Source of the DNA: Actinomycetota bacterium
GTDB taxonomy: Bacteria; Actinomycetota; Actinomycetes; Streptomycetales; Streptomycetaceae
Reading direction: 5' to 3'
Assembly (NCBI GenBank): GCA_048498775.1
Contig: JBEHXI010000001.1
Span: 48,485-112,484, forward strand
Length of the DNA stretch: 64,000 bases
Below, piece by piece: positions 1-10,507 of the stretch. Under the pieces are notes generated by a model that saw nothing but the letters and a program-made list of their open reading frames with translations, did not search any database and was not told the origin of the DNA. The translations under genes and the position numbers were made by a program. Every line of letters starts with the position of its first letter. Position 1 is the stretch's first letter.

Positions 1-111
1 GCTGGCGCCCCCTCGCGTGCTCGGCAGCGCCCGGTATTCCGTCGCTCCGGGCCCAGTTGGCGCGGGGTCGTGATGGGCGGTTTCCGGCGGCACTTCGATT
101 GAGGGGTTTCC

Positions 112-732
112 TTGAGCGACGATCTGACAGTTCTCGCACTCCTCGCCCTTGTGCTCGCCGGCCCCGTACTCCTGGTGGCCAACATCTTCACGCTGGCCGA
201 GGTGCTCTCCGTCCCGCCCCATGCCTGGACGGCGGCCGACGTCAACCGCGGGCGCTGGACGGCTCTGGCCGGTGCGAGCGTCCTTCTCCTCCCGCTCGGC
301 CTGGTGACCAGCACATGGTGGGGGCTGCGGATCAGAGCCCGGCTCGAGCAAGCCGCCCCCGGCAGTACCCGGACGGTCTTCCGCCGACGGGCGACGGTCT
401 TCGAAGCGGCGACCACCTGGCCCGCACGCCTCAGCCGCGTGGTCCTCGTCACCCTGGCGGCGATCGGCCTGGCACTCGGCATGCCCAAGCTCCTCCACGC
501 CGCCGTCGGCGACCCCAGCCACGTGAGCGTCGGCAACATGAACCACGACATCGCCCCCAAGACCTGGATCGAGCAGCACTGCACCGGCTCGGTCGTCCGC
601 GCGCTCCACCTCGACAACCCCGCCGTGGAGGAGAACGGGCACGACTACCAGCGCTGGACCGTCCTTCCGAAGCCCGGACACGTGGACCGTGTCCTTCTCG
701 ACCTGGACAGCGGCACCGTCATCTGCCCGTAG
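112..732 (+). CDS. hypothetical membrane protein
   Basis: TTG start 5 nt after a GAGGGG RBS-like motif, with an in-frame TGA just upstream. High GC3. Hydrophobic segments LTVLALLALVLAGPVLLVANIF and WTALAGASVLLLPLGLV. No family recognised. Confidence 0.5.
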   Translation: MSDDLTVLALLALVLAGPVLLVANIFTLAEVLSVPPHAWTAADVNRGRWTALAGASVLLLPLGLVTSTWWGLRIRARLEQAAPGSTRTVFRRRATVFEAATTWPARLSRVVLVTLAAIGLALGMPKLLHAAVGDPSHVSVGNMNHDIAPKTWIEQHCTGSVVRALHLDNPAVEENGHDYQRWTVLPKPGHVDRVLLDLDSGTVICP

Positions 733-785
733 ACCCGCCGGACCGGCCCGACTTCGGGCCCGGCCGGGAGATTCCGACGCCGCCG

Positions 786-1877
786 ATGCGGAATGATCTG
801 CGCATGGTTTTCACACGATCCGATTGGCGCCTGACCGGCCTCAGCGGTGCCGCGGTAATCGCCGCCGCCGTCACCACCTACGGCGGCGTCGGAGGAACGA
901 TCACCCCGTTCGTCTTCTCCGCCGTCGCACTCGCCCTGCTGGCCAGCCTGGTGGGGCGCAGCGTCGAGGCACTGGGCGACCGGCTCGGGGCGGGCGCGAC
1001 CGGCGTGGTGCAGAGCGCGCTGGGCAACCTGCCCGAGCTGTTCGTGGTGCTGTTCGCACTCAAGAGCCACCTGTACCAGGTGGCGACGGCCACGATCGTC
1101 GGGTCCATCCTCGCCAACGTCCTGCTGGTGCTGGGACTGGCCTTCCTGGTCGGCGGGTTCAAGCACGGCACGCAGCACTTCGAGAAGACCGCCGCGCGCC
1201 GGATCTCCATGCTGCTGGTGCTCTCGGTCGCGGCCCTCGTCGTCCCGGCCCTCACCGCGGAACTGCACACTCCGGCCGCCGGGCACGAGCGGGCGCTGTC
1301 GGTCGCCGTCTCGATCCTGCTGCTCGCCCTGTTCGCCGCGTCGCTGCCCGCCTCGATGAAGCGCGAGTCCGGCGAGCAGGAGCCGCAGGCGGAGGCGGGG
1401 GGTCACGGGGACGGGCCGGCGTGGCCGCTGTGGCTGGCCGGCACCATGCTGGCGGTCACCGGTGTGGGGGCCGCGTTCGTCTCCGACTGGTTCGTGGCCG
1501 GGCTGACCCCGGCGATGGACGCCCTGCACATCTCGCAGACGTTCGCGGGTCTGGTGATCGTCGCCATCGCCGGCAACGCCGTGGAGAACGTGGTCGGCAT
1601 CCAGCTGGCCCACCGCAACCAGGCCGACTTCGCCCTGTCCGTGATCCTGCAGAGCCCGCTGCAGATCGCCCTGATGGTGGCGCCCGCGCTGGTGCTGCTC
1701 TCCCCGCTGGTCGGTGCCTCGTTCACCCTGGTGCTGCCGCCGCTGCTCCTCGTCGCCCTCCTGCTGGCCGTCATCGTGACGGTCGTCGTGGTCCTGGACG
1801 GCGACTCGAACTGGCTTGAGGGCGCGGCGCTGATCGTCCTGTACGCGATCATCGCCACGGCCTTCTGGTGGGGTTAG
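786..1877 (+). CDS. chaA: Ca2+/H+ antiporter, CaCA (ChaA/CAX) family
   Basis: C-terminal 363 aa of ORF 57..1877, from MRNDLRMVF. About 11 TM segments. Both alpha-repeat signatures are present (ALGNLPELF and IAGNAVENVVG). The upstream part of the ORF is Arg/Pro-rich shadow sequence. Confidence 0.85.
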   Translation: MRNDLRMVFTRSDWRLTGLSGAAVIAAAVTTYGGVGGTITPFVFSAVALALLASLVGRSVEALGDRLGAGATGVVQSALGNLPELFVVLFALKSHLYQVATATIVGSILANVLLVLGLAFLVGGFKHGTQHFEKTAARRISMLLVLSVAALVVPALTAELHTPAAGHERALSVAVSILLLALFAASLPASMKRESGEQEPQAEAGGHGDGPAWPLWLAGTMLAVTGVGAAFVSDWFVAGLTPAMDALHISQTFAGLVIVAIAGNAVENVVGIQLAHRNQADFALSVILQSPLQIALMVAPALVLLSPLVGASFTLVLPPLLLVALLLAVIVTVVVVLDGDSNWLEGAALIVLYAIIATAFWWG

Positions 1878-1892
1878 GACCGGACAGCACGG

Positions 1893-1936
1893 CGCCCCCG
1901 TGTCCGGCTGCCGGGAAGCGGCCTGACACGGGGGCG
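1893..1936. terminator. bidirectional stem-loop between convergent chaA and pntB
   Basis: Perfect 12-bp stem CGCCCCCGTGTC / GACACGGGGGCG with a 20-nt loop, lying between the two stop codons (1877 and 1950). Confidence 0.5.
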
Positions 1937-1949
1937 GTCCGTTCCGGGA

Positions 1950-3401
1950 CTAGGCGTACTGGCGTGCCTTGTCGGTGCTGGTGGCACCGCTCGCGGCCAG
2001 GGCGCGCAGGATGTCCTCGACGCGTTCCTTGGCGTCGCCGAAGAGCATCTGGCTGTTGTCGCGGAAGAACAGCGGGTTCTGCACGCCCGCGTAGCCGGTG
2101 GCCATGGAGCGCTTGAAGACCACGACGTTCTCCGCCTCCCACACCCGCAGCACCGGCATGCCGGCGATGGGGCTGCCCGGGTCCTCGGCGGCGGCCGGGT
2201 TGACCGTGTCGTTGGCGCCGATGACCAGGACCACCGAGGTGCCGGCGAGGTCGTCGTTGATCTCGTCCATCTCCAGCACGATGTCGTAGGGCACCTTCGC
2301 CTCGGCCAGCAGCACGTTCATGTGCCCCGGCAGACGGCCCGCGACCGGGTGGATGCCGAACCGCACGTTCACTCCGGCCTCGCGCAGCTTGCGGGTCAGC
2401 TCGGCGACCGGGTACTGCGCCTGCGCCACCGCCATGCCGTAGCCGGGGGTGATGACCACCGAGGAGGCGCCGCGCAGCAGTTCGGCGGTCTCCTCCGCGG
2501 TGATCTCCCGGTGCTCGCCGTAGTCGGTGTCCGAGGACGTCGGCGCCTCGATGCCGAAGCCGCCGGCGATGACGGAGATGAACGAGCGGTTCATCGCCGT
2601 GCACATGATGTACGACAGGTAGGCACCGGAGGAGCCGACCAGCGCGCCGGTGACGATCAGCAGGTTGTTGTCCAGCAGGAAGCCGGAGGCGGCCGCGGCC
2701 CAGCCCGAGTAGCTGTTGAGCATCGAGACGACCACGGGCATGTCGCCGCCGCCGATGGAGGCGACCAGGTGCCAGCCCAGCGCCAGCGCGATCACGGTGA
2801 CCGCGATCAGCAGGCCCAGGTTCGGGGCGATGACGAACAGCACCGTCAGCACCAGGAACGCGGCCACCGCGCCGAGGTTCAGGACGTTCTTGCCCGGCAG
2901 CATCAGCGGGCTGGACTTGATCCGCGCCGACAGCTTCAGGTAGGCGACGATCGAACCGGTGAAGGTCACCGCGCCGATGAACACCCCGATGAACAGCTCG
3001 GCGTGGTGGATGGACAGCAGGGAGCCGACGATCTCGCTCTGCCCGCTGCCCTTCGCCTCGACGTCGAAGTAGCCGTTCCACCCCACCAGGGCGGCGGCCA
3101 GGCCGACGAAGCTGTGCAGCAGGGCGATCAGCTCCGGCATGCCGGTCATCTGCACGACCTTCGCCCGCCACAGCCCGATCCCGGCGCCTATCAGCATGGC
3201 GACGGCCAGCAGGGCCAGGCCCGCGCCGGCGATGTCCCGCGCGGCGGTGGCGATGGTGGCACCCAGCGCGATCACCATGCCGGCGATGCCGGCCACGATG
3301 CCCGAACGGGACGTCTGGTGCTTGGACAGGCCCGCGAGGCTGACGATGAACAGCAACGCGGCGACAATGTAGGCGGCCTGTGCGGCCGTTGCGGCTGTCA
3401 T
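1950..3401 (-). CDS. pntB: NAD(P) transhydrogenase subunit beta
   Basis: 483 aa. Polytopic N-terminal domain followed by a soluble NADP(H)-binding dIII domain ([45 protein letters not shown]). Confidence 0.95.
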   Translation of the reverse strand: MTAATAAQAAYIVAALLFIVSLAGLSKHQTSRSGIVAGIAGMVIALGATIATAARDIAGAGLALLAVAMLIGAGIGLWRAKVVQMTGMPELIALLHSFVGLAAALVGWNGYFDVEAKGSGQSEIVGSLLSIHHAELFIGVFIGAVTFTGSIVAYLKLSARIKSSPLMLPGKNVLNLGAVAAFLVLTVLFVIAPNLGLLIAVTVIALALGWHLVASIGGGDMPVVVSMLNSYSGWAAAASGFLLDNNLLIVTGALVGSSGAYLSYIMCTAMNRSFISVIAGGFGIEAPTSSDTDYGEHREITAEETAELLRGASSVVITPGYGMAVAQAQYPVAELTRKLREAGVNVRFGIHPVAGRLPGHMNVLLAEAKVPYDIVLEMDEINDDLAGTSVVLVIGANDTVNPAAAEDPGSPIAGMPVLRVWEAENVVVFKRSMATGYAGVQNPLFFRDNSQMLFGDAKERVEDILRALAASGATSTDKARQYA

Positions 3402-3407
3402 AACAGG

Positions 3408-4952
3408 TCAGCCCTTCGAGAACATGCCGAGCATGCGGCGCGTGACGGCGAATCCGCCGAAGATGTTGATACTGGCCAGCAGAATCGCCACGAACGACAG
3501 CGCGGTCACCACCGACTGCCCGTGCCCGATCTGCAACAGCGCGCCGACCACCACGATGCCGGAGATCGCGTTGGTCACCGACATCAGCGGAGTGTGCAGC
3601 GCGTGGTGCACATTGCCGATCACGTAGTAACCGATCACGATCGCCAGGAAGAACACCGTGAAGTTGCCGATCAGCTGACTCGGCGAGAACGCCGTCACCA
3701 AGAACAGCGCGGCGGCGCCACTGCCCGCGAGCAGGTACGTCGACAGCGCGGAACGCGGCTTCTTCTCCTTGACCGCCGGGGCCTCGGCGGGCTTGGCCGC
3801 GGCGGGGGCCGGCGCGGCGGAGACCTGCACGGGCGGCGGCGGCCAGGTCTTCTCGCCCTCGCGCACCACCGTGATCGACCGCTGGACGACGTCGTCGAAG
3901 TCCAGCGTCAGCTGCCCGTCCTTGCCCGGGGTCAGCAGCTTCATCAGGTTCAGCACGTTGGTGCCGTACAGCTGCGAGGCCTGCGCCGGCAGCCGCCCGG
4001 GCAGATCCGTGTAGCCGATGATCGTCACACCGTTGTCGGTGACGACCGCCTTGCCCGCCACCGACCCGTGCACGTTGCCGCCCTGCGCCGCCGCCATGTC
4101 GACGATCACGCTGCCCGGCTTCATGCTCGCCACGTGCTCCGCGGTCAGCAGCTTCGGTGCCGGCTTGCCCGGGATCAGCGCCGTGGTGATGACGATGTCG
4201 ACATCCGCCGCCTGCTCGGCGTAGATCTCCGCCGCGCGCCGGTTGTAGTCCTCCGAGGTGGCCTTGGCGTAGCCGTCGGTGCTGACCTGCTGCTCCACCT
4301 CCACCGCGAGGAACTCGCCGCCCAGGGAGCGCACCTGCTCGGCCACCTCAGGGCGCGGGTCGGTCGCCCGCACGATCGCGCCCAGGCTGCTCGCCGCGCC
4401 GATCGCCGCGAGACCCGCGACGCCCGCGCCCGCCACCAGCACCTTCGCCGGGGGAACCTTGCCGGCGGCCGTCACCTGACCGGTGAAGAACCGGCCGAAG
4501 ACATGCGCGGCCTCGATCACGGCCCGGTACCCGGCGATGTTCGCCATCGAGCTGAGCACGTCCATCGACTGCGCACGCGAGATCCGCGGTACCGCGTCCA
4601 TCGACAGCACCGTCACCGGCCGCTTGGCCAGCTCCTCGACCAGCTCCGGCCGCAGCCCGGGCGCGATCTGCCCGATCAGCGTCGTCCCGTCCCGCAGCTG
4701 CCGCACCTCCTCCCCGGAGGGCGCGTTGACCTTCAACACGATGTCGGCCTGCCACGGGTCGCCGATCCGGGCACCTTCCGCGGCGTAGGCGTCATCGGTG
4801 AAGCTCGACGCCGCCCCCGCCCCGGACTCGACGACGACCTCATAGCCCAGCGCGCGCAACCCGCGCACGGTGGAGGGTGTCGCGGCAACCCGGGACTCGC
4901 CCGCGGCTGCCTCCGACACCACACCGATCCGCTGAGGTTCAGCTTGTTCCAT
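3408..4952 (-). CDS. pntA: NAD(P) transhydrogenase subunit alpha (fused dI plus membrane dII part)
   Basis: Starts at [12 protein letters not shown]. Alanine-dehydrogenase-like dI with Rossmann motif [13 protein letters not shown], and C-terminal TM helices. Its stop is 6 nt upstream of the pntB start. Confidence 0.92.
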   Translation of the reverse strand: MEQAEPQRIGVVSEAAAGESRVAATPSTVRGLRALGYEVVVESGAGAASSFTDDAYAAEGARIGDPWQADIVLKVNAPSGEEVRQLRDGTTLIGQIAPGLRPELVEELAKRPVTVLSMDAVPRISRAQSMDVLSSMANIAGYRAVIEAAHVFGRFFTGQVTAAGKVPPAKVLVAGAGVAGLAAIGAASSLGAIVRATDPRPEVAEQVRSLGGEFLAVEVEQQVSTDGYAKATSEDYNRRAAEIYAEQAADVDIVITTALIPGKPAPKLLTAEHVASMKPGSVIVDMAAAQGGNVHGSVAGKAVVTDNGVTIIGYTDLPGRLPAQASQLYGTNVLNLMKLLTPGKDGQLTLDFDDVVQRSITVVREGEKTWPPPPVQVSAAPAPAAAKPAEAPAVKEKKPRSALSTYLLAGSGAAALFLVTAFSPSQLIGNFTVFFLAIVIGYYVIGNVHHALHTPLMSVTNAISGIVVVGALLQIGHGQSVVTALSFVAILLASINIFGGFAVTRRMLGMFSKG

Positions 4953-5377
4953 CAGCTTCCTTTCTCGACGACACACAGCGACCACTTGAGGGGACCAGGC
5001 CCCTGCGACCCGTGACGACGCAGGCGGACATCGTCACGGCACCCCCGCGTTACGAGCGTTCGGGCATTCCCACCGCGCCGGCACCACGCCTCGGCCGGTC
5101 GCCGGCACCGGTCACCGAAGACCGGTCCCGTGACGGCTTGTGGCCCTGGGTCCAGCCGGCTCTGCCCACGGCACACCCGCGCAGACCGGCAGGACGGTGG
5201 TGATCCCTCCCCGGCTAGGTGGCGTGCACACGTCCATCGTTGCGTCCCGAGGGCCGCTTCACCACCCCCGGCGACGCAGAGTGGCCGAAGCCACCTTGAT
5301 CTCGGTCCGCGACGAAGCGGCACGTCACGCCGATCACGCGGCTCGCGGCACCCGCGCGGTCCCCCCGGTGCGGGCCG

Positions 5378-6502
5378 TCAGACCGCGCCGCGGGACCTGG
5401 AGAACCAGGTGCGCTCGACGGCGACGACGGCCGCGTCGTCGCCCAGCCGGCCGTCGGCGAAGGCGAGCAGGTCGTCGCGGAGGTGGTGGACGAGGGCGTG
5501 CGGGCTCTGCCGCGCCCACTGCGCGGCCCGCTCCTGGAGCGGGTAGAAGGCGCCGCCCGGGTCGCGTGCCTCGGTGACGCCGTCGGTGTACAGCAGCAGC
5601 ACGTCGCCGACCTCGAAGGAGAAGGTGAGTCCGGCCGGGCGCGCGACGGCCAGGTCGCCCAGGCCGAGCGGACAGGACGGTTCGGCCTCCAGCAGGCTGA
5701 CCCGGCCGCCGCGCACCAGCAGCGGCGGCGGATGCCCGGAGCCGATGATCTCGGCCGTGGTCCGGTCGTCGGGGACGTCGACGACCAGAGCGGTGATGAA
5801 GGACTCGGCGACCCGGTCGGGCACCGCGGCCATGGCCGCGCCGGCCCGGACGCTCGCTTCCAGGGCGGTCATCAGGTCGGGAAGGGCCATGACACGGTGG
5901 CCCGCCTCCCGGAACGCGCCGAGCAGCAGCGCGCTGTCGCCGATGGCCTCCACGCCCTTGCCCATCACGTCCCCGATGATCAGCCGGGTCCGGCCACCGG
6001 TGCGCACGGCCGCGTACAGATCGCCGCCGATCTGCGCGTGGTCCTCGGCGGCCAGGTAGAAGCAGGCGGTGCGCAACGGGCCGATATGGCGCGGCAGGGG
6101 CCGCACCACGGCCTGCTGCGCGGCGAGCGCCACCCTGCGCACCTGGGCGAGCTCACCGGCCCGCCGCTGCCGCAGCAGGCAGAAGAGGGTCACCAGCGCG
6201 GAGACGACCACGATCGCGGCGATCTGCACCTGGAGGTTGTCCGTATCCAGCACGCCGCGCAGCAGTCCGATGCCCACCAGGGCGGCCACCGCCAGCGCGC
6301 CCACCACCGCGGTGAGCACCGGCCCGGCGAACGACGCGGTGAGGGCCGGCGCCACGATCAGCAGCGGGCCGAGGTGGATCTGGGCCGGCAGCAGGGCGTC
6401 GACGGTCACGATCACGGCGAGCAGCAGGATCGGCACCGCCAGCAGGGCATGGCGGGGGCGCCACGCCCTGCGGAGCTCTTCCGTGCGCCGCCGAGGCCCC
6501 AT
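5378..6502 (-). CDS. membrane-anchored PP2C-family (SpoIIE-like) serine phosphatase
   Basis: C-terminal 374 aa of ORF 5378..7561. Three N-terminal TM helices, then PP2C motifs (GGDLYAA, IIGDVMGKG, LLLYTDGVTEA). The start is uncertain: ATG at 6502 has GGAGG only 1 nt upstream. Confidence 0.8.
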   Translation of the reverse strand: MGPRRRTEELRRAWRPRHALLAVPILLLAVIVTVDALLPAQIHLGPLLIVAPALTASFAGPVLTAVVGALAVAALVGIGLLRGVLDTDNLQVQIAAIVVVSALVTLFCLLRQRRAGELAQVRRVALAAQQAVVRPLPRHIGPLRTACFYLAAEDHAQIGGDLYAAVRTGGRTRLIIGDVMGKGVEAIGDSALLLGAFREAGHRVMALPDLMTALEASVRAGAAMAAVPDRVAESFITALVVDVPDDRTTAEIIGSGHPPPLLVRGGRVSLLEAEPSCPLGLGDLAVARPAGLTFSFEVGDVLLLYTDGVTEARDPGGAFYPLQERAAQWARQSPHALVHHLRDDLLAFADGRLGDDAAVVAVERTWFSRSRGAV

Positions 6503-6562
6503 GCCTCCTTCGTACACCTCCCGGGCCCGCCGCGCGCCCGGGGACCGCCATAGTCTGGGAGA

Positions 6563-7672
6563 GTGCCCGGTGACACCGTCACGGTGTTCCTCTGCGGCGA
6601 CGTCATGCTCGGCCGCGGGGTCGACCAGATCCTGCCGCACCCCGGCGACCCGGAGCTGCGCGAGCCGTGGATCCGGGACGCCCGCACCTATGTGGAGCTG
6701 GCCGAGGAGGCCAACGGCCCGATCCCGCGCCCGGTGGACTTCCGCTGGCCGTGGGGCGAGGCCCTGCCGGTGCTGGACGCGGCGGCGCCCGCGGCCCGGG
6801 TGATCAACCTGGAGACCAGCGTGACGCGCGGCGGCCGGTTCGCCCCGGGGAAGGGCATCCACTACCGGATGCACCCCGCCAACCTGCCCTGCCTGGCCGC
6901 CGTCCGCCCCGATGTCTGCGTGCTCGCCAACAACCATGTGCTGGACTTCGGGCGGGCCGGGCTGGAGGAGACCCTGGGCACGCTGGCCGGTGCCGGGCTT
7001 GGCACCGCCGGAGCCGGCCGGGACGCCGACGCGGCGCGGCGGCCCGCGGCCGTCCCCCTCGCCGGGGGCGGGCGGCTCCTGGTGTTCTCCCTCGGCTCGG
7101 CGTGCAGCGGCATCCCGGCCGGCTGGGCCGCGGGCGCCGGCCGGCCCGGCGTGAACTTCGCGGCGCGGCCCTCGGAGTCCGTCGCCGCCGAGACGGTGGC
7201 CCGGGCACGGCGGGCCAGACGCCCGGGCGACATCGTCGTCGTGTCCGTCCACTGGGGGTCCAACTGGGGATACGACGTCCCGTCCGGCATGGTCCGCTTC
7301 ACGCACACGCTCGTCGACGGCGGCGTGGACCTCGTCCACGGGCACTCCTCGCACCACCCGCGCCCGGTGGAGGTGTACCGGGGCAGGCTGATCCTGTACG
7401 GCTGCGGTGACCTGGTCGACGACTACGAGGGCATCGGCGGGTACCGGCAGTACCGGGACGACCTGCGGCTGCTGTTCCTGGCGACGCTGGAGTCCGGCAC
7501 CGGCGCCCTCACCGGCCTGCGCATGGTGCCGCTCCAGGCCCACCGAATGCGGCTGCGGCACGCCGCATCCGAGGACGGCGAGTGGCTGCGGGCCGTCCTG
7601 GAGCGGGTCAGCGCCGGCTTCGGCTCACGGTTCGGCCGCGACCCGGACGGCGCACTCGGCCTGCGGCTGTGA
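6563..7672 (+). CDS. CapA family (PGA_cap metallophosphatase-like) protein
   Basis: 369 aa with motifs FLCGDVMLGRG, NLETS, ANNHVLDFG, VSVHWGSNW, HGHSSHH. Divergent from the phosphatase gene across a 60-bp gap. Confidence 0.85.
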   Translation: MPGDTVTVFLCGDVMLGRGVDQILPHPGDPELREPWIRDARTYVELAEEANGPIPRPVDFRWPWGEALPVLDAAAPAARVINLETSVTRGGRFAPGKGIHYRMHPANLPCLAAVRPDVCVLANNHVLDFGRAGLEETLGTLAGAGLGTAGAGRDADAARRPAAVPLAGGGRLLVFSLGSACSGIPAGWAAGAGRPGVNFAARPSESVAAETVARARRARRPGDIVVVSVHWGSNWGYDVPSGMVRFTHTLVDGGVDLVHGHSSHHPRPVEVYRGRLILYGCGDLVDDYEGIGGYRQYRDDLRLLFLATLESGTGALTGLRMVPLQAHRMRLRHAASEDGEWLRAVLERVSAGFGSRFGRDPDGALGLRL

Positions 7673-7775
7673 CCGTCGCGCCGCCGACGGGCGAAGCGCC
7701 GCCCGATGTGCTCGGATGGACACGGCGGTCGCCGGGCCGGACGGACGGCGGCGACCGGCACGAAGGAGCGGCCCC

Positions 7776-8000
7776 ATGCGCGCGCACGTCGGAGACTGGA
7801 TCGTGGTGGAGGCGGTGCACCTGGGCGGGCCGCGGCGGCGCGGCCTGATCGTCCGCCTGGAGCACCCGGACGGCACGCCGCCCTATGTGGTCCGCTGGAC
7901 CGAGGACGACCGGGAGACCCTCTTCTTCCCCGGCCCTGAGGCCCATCTGGAACCCGCCGAGGAGCACGCCGCGCACCGGCGGCCGGCCACGGACGCCTGA
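7776..8000 (+). CDS. DUF1918 domain protein
   Basis: 74 aa, MRAHVGDWIVV...PPYVVRW...FPGP. GAAGGAG RBS 7 nt upstream of the ATG. Confidence 0.7.
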   Translation: MRAHVGDWIVVEAVHLGGPRRRGLIVRLEHPDGTPPYVVRWTEDDRETLFFPGPEAHLEPAEEHAAHRRPATDA

Positions 8001-8140
8001 CGGCCGCGGTCCGCTCCGGCCGGGCGGCGGGGCCTGTCGGCCCAAGCGGTGCGCGGCCGCCGGGCCCGACAGTGGAAGAGGGCCGGCGGCGCCGACGCCG
8101 GGCGGAGGCCGCGGGCACGCAGGGAGAAAGGGGCCGCACC

Positions 8141-8848
8141 ATGACCGGTCCGCACAGCACCGTCGCCGAGGTGATGACCCGCGATGTCGTCACCGTCGGC
8201 CCGGACACCCCGTTCAAGGCGATCGCGGCCCTGCTGGCCGAGTACGACATCAGTTCGGTTCCCGTGGCGGACCCGGGCGGGGTGCTCGTCGGCCTGGTGT
8301 CCGAGGCGGACCTGCTGCGCAAGCAGGCCGAGCGGCCCCTCGGGCCCGAAGGGCAGACGGCCTCGCCGGCCTGGTCCGCCGAGCGGGCCAAGGCGCGGGC
8401 GGAGACCGCCGCCGGGCTGATGACGACCGCGGTGTGCACGGCCCGCCCCGGCTGGTCGGTGCCGGAGGCGGCGCGTGCCATGGACCGCCACCGGGTCAAG
8501 CGGCTGGTGGTGGTGGACGAGGCGGACCGCGTCGTCGGCATCGTCAGCCGCTCGGACCTGCTCGGCGTCTTCCTGCGGCCCGACGAGGAGATCGGCGAGG
8601 AGATCCTGGACGAGATCCTCGACCGGGTGCTGCGGCTGGACGAGCGCCAGGTGCAGGTCCACGTGCGGGACGGGGTCGTCACCCTGCGCGGCGCCGTCGA
8701 GTTCCGGTCCACCGCCAGGATCGCCGAGCGCCTCGCGCTGGGCGTGGACGGTGTCGTGGCGGTCCGGCCGCTGATCGACTACGCGGTGGACGACACTCCC
8801 GCGCACGCCGGTGCCCGGGAGGATGGTCCCGGGCACCGGCACGCCTGA
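8141..8848 (+). CDS. CBS-pair plus BON domain protein
   Basis: Starts at MTGPHSTVAEVMTRDVVTV after an AGGGAGAAAGGGG motif. Two CBS repeats, then a BON-like C-terminus (VHVRDGVVTLRGAVE...GVDGVVAV). Confidence 0.8.
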   Translation: MTGPHSTVAEVMTRDVVTVGPDTPFKAIAALLAEYDISSVPVADPGGVLVGLVSEADLLRKQAERPLGPEGQTASPAWSAERAKARAETAAGLMTTAVCTARPGWSVPEAARAMDRHRVKRLVVVDEADRVVGIVSRSDLLGVFLRPDEEIGEEILDEILDRVLRLDERQVQVHVRDGVVTLRGAVEFRSTARIAERLALGVDGVVAVRPLIDYAVDDTPAHAGAREDGPGHRHA

Positions 8849-8860
8849 CGCGCCCCCGGA

Positions 8861-10336
8861 TCAGGCGGCGCGGTCCTCCGGCGCGATGTGCTCGCTGGGG
8901 CGCGCGATCAGCAGGTAGGCGAGTCCCAGGGCGGCGACGATCGCCACCGACAGCGGCACCAGCCAGCGGTCGAAGAACGAGTCGCCGTTCGGCGGGGTCT
9001 TGACGGACAGCACCACGATCGCGGTCACGCCGTAGGCCAGGGCCGCGATGTTGACCGGCCAGCCCCAGCGGCCGAGGCGGAAGGTGCCCTCGGGCCGCCA
9101 GCCGCGCCTGCGGCCGATGATCGAGGCGAGCACCACCGACTGGAAGCCGACGTAGATGCCGACCACCGAGAAGGTGATGATGCGGGTGACGGTGGCCGAG
9201 GGGAGGAAGGCGAGGGCGGCCGGGACGATCGCGGTGACGGCGGTGGCCGCCGGAGGCATGTGGAACGTCGGGTGGATCCGGGACAGCCGCTTCGATCCGA
9301 CGATCACCCCGTCCCGGGCGTAGGAGTACACCAGCCGGGTCGCGGCGGCCTGGATCGCCAGGGTGCACGAGACGAACCCGACGACGATCAGCGCCAGGGC
9401 GAACTTGCTGCCGACGGTGCCCAGCGAGGCGGCCAGCACATCGCCCAGCGGGTCGGCGGACTTCCCGCTGATCACCGCGCCGAAGTCGGGGACCGCCAGG
9501 ATCAGGCCGAGGGTGAGCACCACGGTCGCCGCGGCACCGACGGCGAGGGTCATGCCCATCGCGCGCGGCACCTTGCGGGAGGGGTCCTTGACCTCCTCGG
9601 CGATGTCGCCGCACGCCTCGAACCCGTAGAAGATCCACACCGCGAACAGGCAGGACGCGAGGAACGCGCCGAGGTAGCCGCCGGACGCGCCCGCGCCCGA
9701 GGTGTGCAGGACGACGCCGAGTCCGTGCTTGTGGTGGAAGGCCAGCAGGTACACGCCCAGCACCACGGTGCCCACGACCTCGGCGAACACCCCGATGTTG
9801 GCGACGAAGGCCAGGCGCCGCACCCCCAGCAGGTTGATCGCCGCGCAGAACAGGATCACCACCACCGTCGTCGCGACGGTGCTGGCGGTGGTGACGGGAT
9901 AGCCCAGCAGCGGCCCGGCGTAGTGGGAGATCGGGTACGCCACCGAGGTGATCGTCACCAGCAGCGCCCAGGTGTACATCCAGCCCGACATCCAGGCGTA
10001 CCGCGGGCCGACCAGGTGCTTGGCCCACTGGTAGATGCCGCCCGCCAGCGGATACTGCGAGGCGACCTCGGCGAAGGTCAGCATCACCAGGCCCTGGCCG
10101 ACGAGCACCAGCGGGATGGTCCAGAAGAACGACGGTCCACCGGTGGCGAGCCCGTAGTCGAAGACCGAGTACACACCGACCAGCGGCGAGAGGTAGGTGA
10201 AGCCGACGGCGAAGTTCGACCACAGGCCGAGGGCGCGGGTCAGGCGCTGGCTGTAGCCCAGTTCGGCGAGCCGTGCCGCGTCTGCGGTGTCCTGGGCGTC
10301 CTCGGTGGCCTGGGCATCGGGTGGGGCGAGTGACAT
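8861..10336 (-). CDS. APC-superfamily amino acid permease
   Basis: 491 aa from MSLAPPDAQ; 12 TM-like segments. Typical permease blocks: LWSNFAVGFTYLSP, AEVASQYPLAGGIYQW, FYGFEACGDIAEEVKDP. Confidence 0.9.
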   Translation of the reverse strand: MSLAPPDAQATEDAQDTADAARLAELGYSQRLTRALGLWSNFAVGFTYLSPLVGVYSVFDYGLATGGPSFFWTIPLVLVGQGLVMLTFAEVASQYPLAGGIYQWAKHLVGPRYAWMSGWMYTWALLVTITSVAYPISHYAGPLLGYPVTTASTVATTVVVILFCAAINLLGVRRLAFVANIGVFAEVVGTVVLGVYLLAFHHKHGLGVVLHTSGAGASGGYLGAFLASCLFAVWIFYGFEACGDIAEEVKDPSRKVPRAMGMTLAVGAAATVVLTLGLILAVPDFGAVISGKSADPLGDVLAASLGTVGSKFALALIVVGFVSCTLAIQAAATRLVYSYARDGVIVGSKRLSRIHPTFHMPPAATAVTAIVPAALAFLPSATVTRIITFSVVGIYVGFQSVVLASIIGRRRGWRPEGTFRLGRWGWPVNIAALAYGVTAIVVLSVKTPPNGDSFFDRWLVPLSVAIVAALGLAYLLIARPSEHIAPEDRAA

Positions 10337-10429
10337 CGGCGGCCCTTTCGGCGGAAGGGGAGGGCGGGGGTCGGTACGGGCGGCACGGCGCGGGACCGTT
10401 GCCGGACGGCTCGCCGTCCGGACGCGAAA

Positions 10430-10453
10430 CATATGAAGCCATAGGTCATATGG
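10430..10453. promoter_or_regulatory. candidate GntR operator (overlapping palindromes) in the permease/GntR divergent region
   Basis: CATATGA-N9-TCATATG (10430-10452) overlaps CCATA-GGTCA-TATGG (10439-10453), in a locally AT-rich patch. Confidence 0.35.
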
Positions 10454-10507
10454 CAATGGCGTGTCGGCTGTGAAACCGTTCTGTAATGTGATGGCCCGCG
10501 GCCGGCT

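Noticed and set aside
57-785. N-terminal extensions of track ORFs: 57-785 before chaA, 6503-7561 before the PP2C gene, 10337-11023 before the permease, 36559-37746 before the SDR, and 47752-49494 fused upstream of Mut7-C.
   Set aside because: The extensions are Arg/Pro-rich, overlap other well-supported genes, and lack RBS support. Internal starts with Shine-Dalgarno motifs give proteins of the expected family length.
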